Below are positions 1 to 8,706 of a DNA stretch of 64,000 nucleotides, piece after piece (positions within the stretch are counted from its first letter, which is position 1; each line of letters starts with the position of its first letter). The notes beneath the pieces are model-generated. The model was not told where the DNA came from. It made no database searches and saw nothing but the letters and a program-made list of their open reading frames with translations. The translations under genes were made by a program, and so were the position numbers. This stretch comes from a virus. Taxonomy: Duplodnaviria; Caudoviricetes. The DNA lies in IMG/VR virus record IMGVR_UViG_3300020202_000071, positions 1,754 to 65,753 of that record; one strand, written 5' to 3'.

Positions 1-422
1 AGCCGCCGATTGTGAACTTCGCGAAGGCGTATCCGGCGGGCACGACGCCGGCGACGGAACTCACGTCGAGCCGCGGCACCGTCACGTTGCGCGTGGCCAG
101 CGGGGGCGCGACGCTCGGCACGCTGCTCCCGGAAGAGAGCGCGCGCGAGTTCCCGTCACTCACGCTCTACCCCAAGCCGACGACGGCCGGCGAGATCATC
201 GCCGTCCCGGCGATCCGTGCGCCGAAGAAGTTGTATCTCGACAGCGACGAAGTCCCGCGCTTTTGGGGCTCGGCCATCCTTGAGGAAATGTGGCGGCTCT
301 GGAAGATCGGCACTGGCGAACCGCCGGCCGCCGATCCGGGGCCCGAGGTCAAGCGCCTCGTGGCGCATGACAACTCGACCATCAGCGGGCGCATCCGCAC
401 CCGCCCGGCGATCCTGTCGTGA
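1..422 (+). CDS. Head-tail adaptor / tail tubular A-like protein, 5'-truncated
   Basis: Open frame from the window edge. Contains LTLYPKP-type motif. Stop overlaps the next start (GTGA). Call is by synteny. Confidence 0.45.
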   Translation, partial: PPIVNFAKAYPAGTTPATELTSSRGTVTLRVASGGATLGTLLPEESAREFPSLTLYPKPTTAGEIIAVPAIRAPKKLYLDSDEVPRFWGSAILEEMWRLWKIGTGEPPAADPGPEVKRLVAHDNSTISGRIRTRPAILS

Positions 423-2533
423 GCTTTCACCGTCCGCAGCGGTCGATCTGGGTCAACGACTTCACGGCGGGGTATCTCGATTCGCCGCAGAGCGATGCCA
501 TTCCGCCCGGCGCGACGCCAGACGCGAAGAACGCGTTTCTCTACGACATCAACCTCGACGCGCGCACCTGTTCGATGGGGCGCCGCAAGGGCACCCGACT
601 GTGCAATGCCACCACGCTGTCGAGCGGCAAGCGCGTGGACGGGCTGTTCGACTATCGGCGTCCGGGTGCCAGCGCGACGCTGATCGCGATGTGCAACGGG
701 CAATTGAGCAGTATCGACCCCGTGGCGGGCACGACGGCGAGTCTCGGCGCGTCCTTCGGCACGGCGGGGAACACCGCCCGCTTCGTGCCCTACAAGAGCA
801 ACGTCATCATCTATGACGGCTCGGCCCAGCGGCGCTGGGACGGGACGACGCTCTACACCCTCGGCATGGCCACGCCCGGGACGATCACGAACATGGTCGC
901 GGGTGCCGGCACGCTGACGGGGACGTACGAGGCGGTCTACACCTGGTATGACTCGGTGCTCGATCGCGACAGTTCGATCTCGACCGCGACGGCCACGCTG
1001 GTCCTCGCGGGGCAGGGGCGCACGCACACGCGCCCGGGCAGCACCATTCCCTCGTCAGCGACGCATTGGCGCGCGTGGGTGCGCCGCACCGACACGAACG
1101 AACTGAATTACTACCTCGCGGGGAGTCAGGTGGTCGGCACGGCGGCGTTGACGGAAACGCTGTCGGATGCGGCGCGCCGCTTACAGGACATCGCGGCCAA
1201 GCCCAACGTCAACGATCCGCCGCCCGGGAATTTCGCGGTACTGGCCGAGATTGATGGGTACGGCATCGGGGCCTTGGCGAACGCGACCGACTACTACGTC
1301 AGCAAGATCGGCGATCTTGAAAGCTGGCATCCGAAAGATAAGTTTCCGGTGTCGCGCGCGACGGGCGAAGCGCTGTCGTGGGCACGCGCCTTTGCCGGTC
1401 GCCGTTTGATCGGGACGCCGCACGGCACATGGGAGTTGCGCGGCGATCGCGTCCCGTTCGCCGTGAAGAACGTGCACACGATGTACGGCAACGTCAGCCA
1501 AGACGCCGTGGTGGAAGTCGATAGTCTGCTGTACGGATGGGACCGCGTACGCGGGCCGTACGTGACGGACCTGTCGACGTGGCGACCGCTCGCCGATCAC
1601 CGCATCGGCACGTTTGTCGACACGATCAACCGCGGCGCCCTGACCGACATTCGCGCCGTCCATGATGAAGTCCGCAGTCTCGTGATCTGGGCGGTGCCGA
1701 CCACGTCCACGCGCCGGCGGACGCTGCTGGCGTATCACACCTTGCTCGGGTGCTGGCTCCCGCCGATCACCGGACTCGAATACGGGTCGCTCTCGCCCTT
1801 CACGGACTCGAACAGCGCGCTCGGGCTCTACCTGGGCGACTACTGGGGCCGCATCTACGAGTTGTTCTCCGGATCGCGGGAAGGGGTGCCGAGCGGCACG
1901 GTCAGCGCCCCGATCACTGGCAGTTCGGCGTCGACCGCCACGTGCAGCAGCGCCACCTTCTACACGACGGGGAGCGGTCTTGCCGGCCTGCCGGTCGCGG
2001 CGGTCTCGCCGGCCGGCGTCTGGCAGTGGCGGCGCATCCAGTCGAACACGGCCACGCAGATCACGCTCGATACCACCAACGACGCGCCCTGGACCACGAC
2101 GCCCGCGACCGATGGCACGTGGACCCTCGTCGTCGGCGGGATCGATTGGTTCTGGCGCACGCCGTGGCTGGACTTCGGCGCGCCACACAAGCAGAAGAAA
2201 GGCGGCTTCGTCTACGTTCAGTGCAGCGCGGAGCAGGCCAACCTCACCCTCTCGTGCAAAGGCCGCTTCAACGAAGAAGATGGCACGATTCAGCCCGGCG
2301 ACTACAACTTCGCGGTTCCGGTCGGATCGGCGCGATGGGGATCGGCGGTCTGGGGCACGTCATTGTGGGGCGGCCGCGCCAATCGCACGCTGCAAAAGCA
2401 GCGCATCAATCGGTCGTTCCTGTCGGCACAGCTGCATTTCTACAACGCGTACCCGGATCAGGAGATCAAGATCTTGATGTACGGCCTGCAGTGCGACGAG
2501 CAGCCGCGGCGCTCGGCGCGGAGTGTCCGGTAA
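419..2533 (+). CDS. Tail nozzle / tail tubular B-like (stabilisation) protein, 704 aa
   Basis: Beta-rich sequence with C-terminal WRTPWLDFG..KQK and WGSAVWG motifs typical of podoviral nozzle proteins. Lies upstream of the ejection genes. Confidence 0.65.
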   Translation: MSFHRPQRSIWVNDFTAGYLDSPQSDAIPPGATPDAKNAFLYDINLDARTCSMGRRKGTRLCNATTLSSGKRVDGLFDYRRPGASATLIAMCNGQLSSIDPVAGTTASLGASFGTAGNTARFVPYKSNVIIYDGSAQRRWDGTTLYTLGMATPGTITNMVAGAGTLTGTYEAVYTWYDSVLDRDSSISTATATLVLAGQGRTHTRPGSTIPSSATHWRAWVRRTDTNELNYYLAGSQVVGTAALTETLSDAARRLQDIAAKPNVNDPPPGNFAVLAEIDGYGIGALANATDYYVSKIGDLESWHPKDKFPVSRATGEALSWARAFAGRRLIGTPHGTWELRGDRVPFAVKNVHTMYGNVSQDAVVEVDSLLYGWDRVRGPYVTDLSTWRPLADHRIGTFVDTINRGALTDIRAVHDEVRSLVIWAVPTTSTRRRTLLAYHTLLGCWLPPITGLEYGSLSPFTDSNSALGLYLGDYWGRIYELFSGSREGVPSGTVSAPITGSSASTATCSSATFYTTGSGLAGLPVAAVSPAGVWQWRRIQSNTATQITLDTTNDAPWTTTPATDGTWTLVVGGIDWFWRTPWLDFGAPHKQKKGGFVYVQCSAEQANLTLSCKGRFNEEDGTIQPGDYNFAVPVGSARWGSAVWGTSLWGGRANRTLQKQRINRSFLSAQLHFYNAYPDQEIKILMYGLQCDEQPRRSARSVR

Positions 2534-2853
2534 TGGCGACCGATCGGGCGCTGACGAAGCCGGAAAGCCAAGCCTTTGACGCCGCCGAACGGGAAGGCTT
2601 CGGCGCGCCGTTCGCCGCGTACTCGCGGTGTTTCGAGGTGTCGTTTCCGAATAACACCGACACGATCGACGTGGCGCACGGGTTAGGTGCAGTGCCGGAC
2701 GGTATGCTTAAATTGGTCGAGGTCGGCGGCACGGTGGAAGCGGTCACGCCCCACCTGTGGTCGACCACGGTCGCGTATCTCAAAGCGAGCGCCGCCAACA
2801 CCCGGGCCAGGGTGGTGTTCATCACCTTACGGGAGAGCATCCTCGATGCGTAA
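2533..2853 (+). CDS. Small tail-associated protein (VAHGLGAVP motif)
   Basis: ATG overlaps the upstream stop (TAATG). HGLG..P motif is common in phage tail accessory proteins. Confidence 0.6.
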   Translation: MATDRALTKPESQAFDAAEREGFGAPFAAYSRCFEVSFPNNTDTIDVAHGLGAVPDGMLKLVEVGGTVEAVTPHLWSTTVAYLKASAANTRARVVFITLRESILDA

Positions 2854-3493
2854 CCGATCCCTGCTGGCCCTTCTGCTCGCGATCCTTGTCGCGCCGTTGT
2901 CCGTGACAGCGCAGATCACGGTCCCGAACCCGACGTTCGTCGTCGACACCGTCATTGACCCCGATCAGGTCAACGCGAACTTCGCGAAGTTCGCCGATGC
3001 GCTGAATCGCACCGGCGGCACGATGACCGGCACGCTGACGATGCAGGCGCTGGTCGATCTCTCGCACGCCAGTGCGGGACAGATCAAGTTTCCGGCCTCG
3101 CAAAACGCGTCGGCCAACGCCAACACGCTCGACGACTACGAAGAGGGCCCGTGGACCCCGTCCGATGGCAGCGGGGCCGGGCTGACGCTGTCTTCCACGA
3201 GTGCGGCCTACGTCAAGATCGGCCAGCAGGTGACCGCATGGGCCGAGTTCACCTACCCCGTGACCGCGAACGGCAGCTCCGTGCGCATCAATGGCCTCCC
3301 GGCGCCGACCCATACGACGCCGACCAACGGGGGATCGTGCGCGCTCGGATTTACGGATGTGGGATTTATCGTCACGGCGCAAGCGGTCGGCTCGTCCATT
3401 TTTTTGTATGACACGTCTGGATCGAATCAGATCAACTCGGCGTTTTCCGGCAAGTCGTTTCGTCTGACCTGCACGTATCGCGCGAGCAGTTAG
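2846..3493 (+). CDS. Tail fibre-like protein with N-terminal Sec-type signal peptide
   Basis: MRNRSLLALLLAILVAPLSVTA-Q leader. QVNANF, GGTMTGTL and ANTLDDYEEG.WTP...YVKIG..V motifs resemble phage fibre domains. Confidence 0.65.
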   Translation: MRNRSLLALLLAILVAPLSVTAQITVPNPTFVVDTVIDPDQVNANFAKFADALNRTGGTMTGTLTMQALVDLSHASAGQIKFPASQNASANANTLDDYEEGPWTPSDGSGAGLTLSSTSAAYVKIGQQVTAWAEFTYPVTANGSSVRINGLPAPTHTTPTNGGSCALGFTDVGFIVTAQAVGSSIFLYDTSGSNQINSAFSGKSFRLTCTYRASS

Positions 3494-3495
3494 CG

Positions 3496-3735
3496 ATGTT
3501 TCAGGCCGTCGTCCGATCGGTGCAGCGGCAGGGCGACAAGCTCTATGCCTTTGGCGTGGAGATTCTCGACGATCGCACCACGCCACCGACACGCGTGACA
3601 CTCGAGACGTTTGTGGCCAAGAACAAAGGCGATCTGGCGAAGGATGTGCGGCGCGCGCTCGAGACGTTGAAAGAGAGCGACGAGGAAGCCGCGCTTGCGC
3701 AAGAACTCGTCGGCACCAAGATCGGTGAGCTCTGA
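3496..3735 (+). CDS. Hypothetical protein
   Basis: Tightly coupled ORF in the operon (TGATG overlap with the next gene). Confidence 0.6.
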   Translation: MFQAVVRSVQRQGDKLYAFGVEILDDRTTPPTRVTLETFVAKNKGDLAKDVRRALETLKESDEEAALAQELVGTKIGEL

Positions 3736-4766
3736 TGGCGATCACGCGACGGCCCACTGGACTCGGCACGTTGTCTGCGAGTCCGACGTATCCGTCGTCC
3801 CACGGCGGGGCGACAGCAGGGAGTAGTGCCATGCCCGGATGGTTGATTCCGTTATTGCTCGCGGCCGGTACCGGCGCGCAAGTCGGGTCGTCGATCCATC
3901 AGTCGAACAAGAACCGCGAGGCGCAGAAGGAGAGCGACAAAAACTCGCTCGAGATCGCGAAGATGGGCGATGAGCGCGAGCGCGCGCTGGCGCTCCTCGA
4001 GTTGCTCGCGAACGAGAACATGGCGAATCCGTACCGCCATCTGCTGTCGCAGGGCGGTGCCGCCGCGATGTTCGATCAAATGGCGCGCGAGACACCGGTC
4101 TCGTATCGCTTGCCTGAGAATTCACGGTACGCGCAGTATGTCAACGGCGTGACACGGGAAGGTGGGTACGAGCCATCGCCGGAACTCCGTCGGTCCGCAG
4201 AGCAGCTCCGCAACAACGTGCTCAGTGGACAGCATGTGGCGCCAAGCGCGACCGATCCCAACGCGCCCCGCTACGGCACCATCGACCTACTGACGCAGAT
4301 CGGGCTCGGCGATCATCCGATCGCGCCGCACGGCGGACCGGTGGGTGGGGCGCGCCCGACGGCGCCGCCGTGGGGGACACCGAACACCGCCGTGCCACGC
4401 CCAGGCGGGTCGGTCCGCCACCCGGACGGCTACACGCGCGGCGGCGCTGGCGCGATGGCGCCTGGCGCGGAGCTCGGCCCGCTGTCATTTGAAGGGGCGG
4501 GCCACCGCACCATGCCGGTCGGCCGCGGCAGCGCGTATGCCCCGATGGGCGGCACGCTGCGCGACGAGACCACGGGCGAAGAGGCGACGACCGGCGACGC
4601 CGATCTCATGGCGCTGTTGGCGTCGCTCGACGCCCGCACGATGAGTCCGGCCGGCGCGCGTCCTGGACGTCCGGTCGCACGCGCGCCGATGCGACGGAAG
4701 CGGCGCCCGATGGCGGCGCGCGGCGGGCCGGCGGCCTCGTTCGGGACGATGTCCTTCGCCGCGTAA
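3735..4766 (+). CDS. Putative ejection / internal virion protein 1
   Basis: Hydrophobic Gly/Ala N-terminal segment followed by a coiled coil. Located after the tail genes. Confidence 0.55.
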   Translation: MAITRRPTGLGTLSASPTYPSSHGGATAGSSAMPGWLIPLLLAAGTGAQVGSSIHQSNKNREAQKESDKNSLEIAKMGDERERALALLELLANENMANPYRHLLSQGGAAAMFDQMARETPVSYRLPENSRYAQYVNGVTREGGYEPSPELRRSAEQLRNNVLSGQHVAPSATDPNAPRYGTIDLLTQIGLGDHPIAPHGGPVGGARPTAPPWGTPNTAVPRPGGSVRHPDGYTRGGAGAMAPGAELGPLSFEGAGHRTMPVGRGSAYAPMGGTLRDETTGEEATTGDADLMALLASLDARTMSPAGARPGRPVARAPMRRKRRPMAARGGPAASFGTMSFAA

Positions 4767-4782
4767 CCACCACAGTTCGTCA

Positions 4783-4809
4783 CCCCGAGCCGGGCCAAAA
4801 GGCACGGGG
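4783..4809 (+). promoter_or_regulatory. Conserved hairpin motif, copy 1 (CCCCG-A-GCC-GGGCCAAAA-GGC-A-CGGGG) before ATG 4812
   Basis: Same core as the copies at 15700 and 16435, with a different but complementary outer stem. Confidence 0.7.
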
Positions 4810-4811
4810 GC

Positions 4812-7400
4812 ATGGCACTCGGCCAGTTCTCATGGGAATCGTTCAGTGACCGGGAGGACCCTCGGGCCGGATGGGGGCGGTCGCTCCGGCGTCCACAGGG
4901 GCGCAATCCCCTCCAACGCGTCCAGCAGGAGCGCGGGGATGCCCGCGACGGCACGCTCCCCGGGCTCAGTTTTCAAGGCCTGCCGGATCTGACGGATTCG
5001 CCAGTCGGGTTCAAAACCCCACTGTCGGTGGAATCCGCGACTGCGCCCACCCCGAAACCGACGCCGCTGTCTTGGGACGACGCCATCAGTGCACCAAGCG
5101 CGCCAGGGGTATCGGTCTCCCGGCCATCCGGTCCATCGATGGCGGGACCGGACGAGCCGGTGCAGGCCGGCACGAGACCCATTCCGACACGTCCGGCTGT
5201 GGCCACGCCCGGGGGGGCACAGCAGAAGTTTCAGCGCGTCCGCCAGTTCCAAGAGGCGGTGCAGCAACTGCGATCGACGACGGACCCCCGCCAGCAAGCC
5301 GTCGCCCGCGATCGCCTGTCGCGCGATCTGTTCGCGTCGCTCAAGGCGGACGGCCATCAGGTCAAGTGGAAAGGCGATCAGCTCGTCGTCGATGGCCGCG
5401 TGTACGACGTGGGCGTCGGCACGACGGACGCGCCGCCCGCGCCGGGCGCGTCGCCCGCCGGCGTCGCCAGTCAAACGGCGCGCATGACCACCGCCGCTGG
5501 TGGGCCGCCGACCACGCCGCCCGCGTACGGCAACGACATGCGCGGCGGGGCGATTCCGATCACGCCCCGTGACGCGGGCCAAGGCGATGACGTCCGGGCG
5601 CAGGCGGTGCCGGCGACGCGACCGACGCCGGCGCCGCGCGTCGATCCGAAGCGCACCGGCACGGTGGAAGAAGCCACCAACGCGCTGCAGACCGAAGCGC
5701 AGCGCATTCTCGGTCGACGCCTGACCCAAGAGGAACTGAACGCGATCGCCACGAAAGTCGGCTACACCGGAACCCAAGGCCAGCGACCAACGCCACAATT
5801 GCGGCCACCTGGCGAAGCCGGTCCGGAAGCGCAGGCCATCAGCTACATCCAGCAGGAAGCGCAGCGGATGCTCGGCCGGCAGTTGTCGCCGCAGGAGATC
5901 CAGCAGTACGCCGCCTCGGTCGGCTACAACGGCGGCGGCACGGTCACGGCGGAACAGGTCAACCTCGTGTTACAGCAGATCGCCGAACAGGCCCCGCTCA
6001 GCGGCGGCGGGCCTGGGCAGGTGACTGGCGACATGTACAACCGCGCGCTCGACCTGCTCGAGGCGATGTGGACCGATCCGGACGGCGGTTCTGGGGGAGC
6101 CCCCGGACCCGGCGGACCGACCACGCCGGGCGACCCGGCGGGCGATCCCAATCAACCACCGCTGCCCAACGTGCCGCGGCATCCCCAAGGCGAAATCATT
6201 CCGTTCTATCCGCCCCACGGGCCGAATTACGTCCCGGGTGACATTCCCACCGATGACCTCGAGGGGTTCTCGCTCGACGACATCCTGGGGCACATCGGCG
6301 GCGAGCATCTCGGGCCCGGCGACTTCGACACGCTGACGAGCGACTACCTGCGTCGCCTGATGGCGGATCCGACGGCCGATCTCGGCGATCACGCAATCGA
6401 CGGGCAGACCGGCGATCTCATTTCGAGCATCATGGCCGACCCGACGAAGTTCCTCGGCGACACCGAGACGAGCGACGCCACACGCGCGCTGGCGCTCAGC
6501 GTGCTGCAGAACCCCGAATCGCTCTCGCCGCACGTCGTCGAGATGTTGAAAGGCCGCACGGCCGACGAACTCGCGGAGGCCCAGGCGTTCGAAGACGAGG
6601 AACTCTCGCTCTTCGGGCATCAGAACGGCATCGCCGACTCGAACTGGCTCGCGAGCGAACGCGCCGCGACGAAACGTGATCGGCAGCGCGCCGTCACGGA
6701 CAGCAATCGCAACATCGACATCGCGGCCGCCGAAACCAACATGGCGGATCGTCGCGCCGCCGCGGACCTCGGTATGCGGCTCGGCGCCGAGGATCGCGCG
6801 ATGGGTGAAGCGCGCACCGGCGCGCGCGAACGCGGTGCGACGTTGGGCGCGACGTGGGGCGCGGAACAGTTCCGTCGCGGAGAAGCGCGCACGGGCGCGA
6901 AGCAGCGCGTCGGCGAGATGGGCGCCAAGTGGGCGCGCGACCAGCGCGAGTTGTCGCTCGCCGAGCAACAGGAGCGCCGCGCGGCGGTGCAACTCGCCGC
7001 CGACACGTCGTTGCAATCGGCGGCGCTCCGCGGCGATCGTTACGCGCTGCGGGAACAGATCCACGCGAAGGCCGCGGAGCTCGGCCTCCAGGCCGACCAA
7101 CTCCAGGTGCAATTCATCCTCGGGCAGATGAACGACCTGACGCAGCGCTACGGCATCGACGTCGGGGCGACGATCGATCGTGAGCGTCTGGCGCAGCAAA
7201 GCCTGGAGTTCAAAGAAGAGTTGATGTTCCGCTTCCAGGAACTGCGCGAACGGATGCGCGCGGAGATGGAACGCCTCGCGCAAGAGGACGCACAGTTCGG
7301 GCATGACCTGGCCTATCGCTACAAGGTGCTGGAGAAGGGGCAAGGGGGGATTCCGTACTACGGCGGCGGCGGTGGTGGCTCGTTCTGGTCGTGGAGGTAA
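4812..7400 (+). CDS. Putative ejection / internal virion protein 2, 862 aa
   Basis: Pro-rich disordered N-half, internal duplicated helical unit (EAQR.LGR.L...E....A..VGY.G) and Ala/Gln/Arg coiled-coil C-half. Confidence 0.6.
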   Translation: MALGQFSWESFSDREDPRAGWGRSLRRPQGRNPLQRVQQERGDARDGTLPGLSFQGLPDLTDSPVGFKTPLSVESATAPTPKPTPLSWDDAISAPSAPGVSVSRPSGPSMAGPDEPVQAGTRPIPTRPAVATPGGAQQKFQRVRQFQEAVQQLRSTTDPRQQAVARDRLSRDLFASLKADGHQVKWKGDQLVVDGRVYDVGVGTTDAPPAPGASPAGVASQTARMTTAAGGPPTTPPAYGNDMRGGAIPITPRDAGQGDDVRAQAVPATRPTPAPRVDPKRTGTVEEATNALQTEAQRILGRRLTQEELNAIATKVGYTGTQGQRPTPQLRPPGEAGPEAQAISYIQQEAQRMLGRQLSPQEIQQYAASVGYNGGGTVTAEQVNLVLQQIAEQAPLSGGGPGQVTGDMYNRALDLLEAMWTDPDGGSGGAPGPGGPTTPGDPAGDPNQPPLPNVPRHPQGEIIPFYPPHGPNYVPGDIPTDDLEGFSLDDILGHIGGEHLGPGDFDTLTSDYLRRLMADPTADLGDHAIDGQTGDLISSIMADPTKFLGDTETSDATRALALSVLQNPESLSPHVVEMLKGRTADELAEAQAFEDEELSLFGHQNGIADSNWLASERAATKRDRQRAVTDSNRNIDIAAAETNMADRRAAADLGMRLGAEDRAMGEARTGARERGATLGATWGAEQFRRGEARTGAKQRVGEMGAKWARDQRELSLAEQQERRAAVQLAADTSLQSAALRGDRYALREQIHAKAAELGLQADQLQVQFILGQMNDLTQRYGIDVGATIDRERLAQQSLEFKEELMFRFQELRERMRAEMERLAQEDAQFGHDLAYRYKVLEKGQGGIPYYGGGGGGSFWSWR

Positions 7401-7403
7401 GCG

Positions 7404-8702
7404 ATGCCTGGCGCAGCAGACATCTTCGGCGTCATCGGGGGCGGGCTTGAAGGGTTCGCACGGGGTCTCTCCATTCAACGCGAGCTGGAAGCCGAAGAGC
7501 GGCGTCGTCTTGCAGAGGAAGCGCGGATCCGGCGACAGATGGAACTGGAGGATCGGAGAATCGCCCTCGCCGAGCAAACGCGACGTGATCGCAACAACGA
7601 GGTTGGTCTCGAGACGATGTCCCACGATCGCGCAGCGTGGGAACGCGAGCAGAAAATGCTCAGTGACCAGCGCGTGCAGCAGCAGTTGCAGGCGATTCAG
7701 GAGGAATGGCTCGCCTCGCTTCCGCCGGACTTGCGCGCGATGATGCGCGGCGAGCAACTCGGATTCAAGGGGGCGAAACGCGAGGACTTCCAGTCACCGG
7801 AACAACGCGAGGCGGAACGGACGCGCGCGGCGGCTCAGAAACGGGAGGAGGTGCAAGCCGAGCGCGACGCCGACTTCACAGACTTTCAGCGGCGTGAGCG
7901 ATTCAAAAAAAGCCTTGGCGGCGATCTACCGATCACGCCGAAGGACGATCCGGCGCTGCCGATGGGGGTTCGCGATTACCTCGACTCGTTACTGACCAAA
8001 CATCAGGGAGCGTTTGAAAAGGCCGAGGGGGACTTCAATCAAACCTGGAACCAGTTGAAGGAAGATCACCCCAGACTCGATCCGGCCAAGGCGCGGGAGT
8101 ACCTCAAGCATGTCTTTGGGTATGAGAAGCCTTCCGCAGCCTCCACGAAGCCGAACGCGCTGGACGTGTTTGGTCAGGTCGACCGTCCACCGATCAACGC
8201 ACCGACATCTGGCCGCGCGCGCGGGTTTGGGGCGAGTCCACAAGTGGCGTTGCCTCGGGAGCGGAATCCCGACCCGCGCGGCTTACCGAGACCACGGTCG
8301 GGTAACGGTGACATTGCGCTTGGCCAAGACGGTCAAGCGAGGACATCAGAGGCGGCTGCGGTCATCACGCAGGCGCGCGATGCGCGTGCGGTCGAGGAAC
8401 AGGAGCGCGCGCGCCGGCGCGGCTTGGATGTAGGCGATCTCCCCATCACACCGCTGCCGCGCGAACTCCGGGATGGGCGTGGCAAGCCGGAAACGATGCC
8501 GGTGGAAGTGGTCAGCCAGTCGGTCGACGCGCCACCCGAACGATCGCCAGAAGCGGATGCGGATCGGCTTCGGCGTCTGGAGCAGCAGGCCCGCAGTCTG
8601 CTCTCTCGCCTCGCGAACACGGCGGACACGTCGCAGCAGGACGTGTTGTTCAAGGAACTGGAGCGCGTCAAGGCGTTGCTAGTTGCAGCCGGAGGGAAAT
8701 AG
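7404..8702 (+). CDS. Putative ejection / internal virion protein 3
   Basis: GGAGG RBS. Gly-rich amphipathic N-terminus (GVIGGGLEGFARG) followed by charged coiled coil. Confidence 0.6.
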   Translation: MPGAADIFGVIGGGLEGFARGLSIQRELEAEERRRLAEEARIRRQMELEDRRIALAEQTRRDRNNEVGLETMSHDRAAWEREQKMLSDQRVQQQLQAIQEEWLASLPPDLRAMMRGEQLGFKGAKREDFQSPEQREAERTRAAAQKREEVQAERDADFTDFQRRERFKKSLGGDLPITPKDDPALPMGVRDYLDSLLTKHQGAFEKAEGDFNQTWNQLKEDHPRLDPAKAREYLKHVFGYEKPSAASTKPNALDVFGQVDRPPINAPTSGRARGFGASPQVALPRERNPDPRGLPRPRSGNGDIALGQDGQARTSEAAAVITQARDARAVEEQERARRRGLDVGDLPITPLPRELRDGRGKPETMPVEVVSQSVDAPPERSPEADADRLRRLEQQARSLLSRLANTADTSQQDVLFKELERVKALLVAAGGK

Positions 8703-8706
8703 TCGG

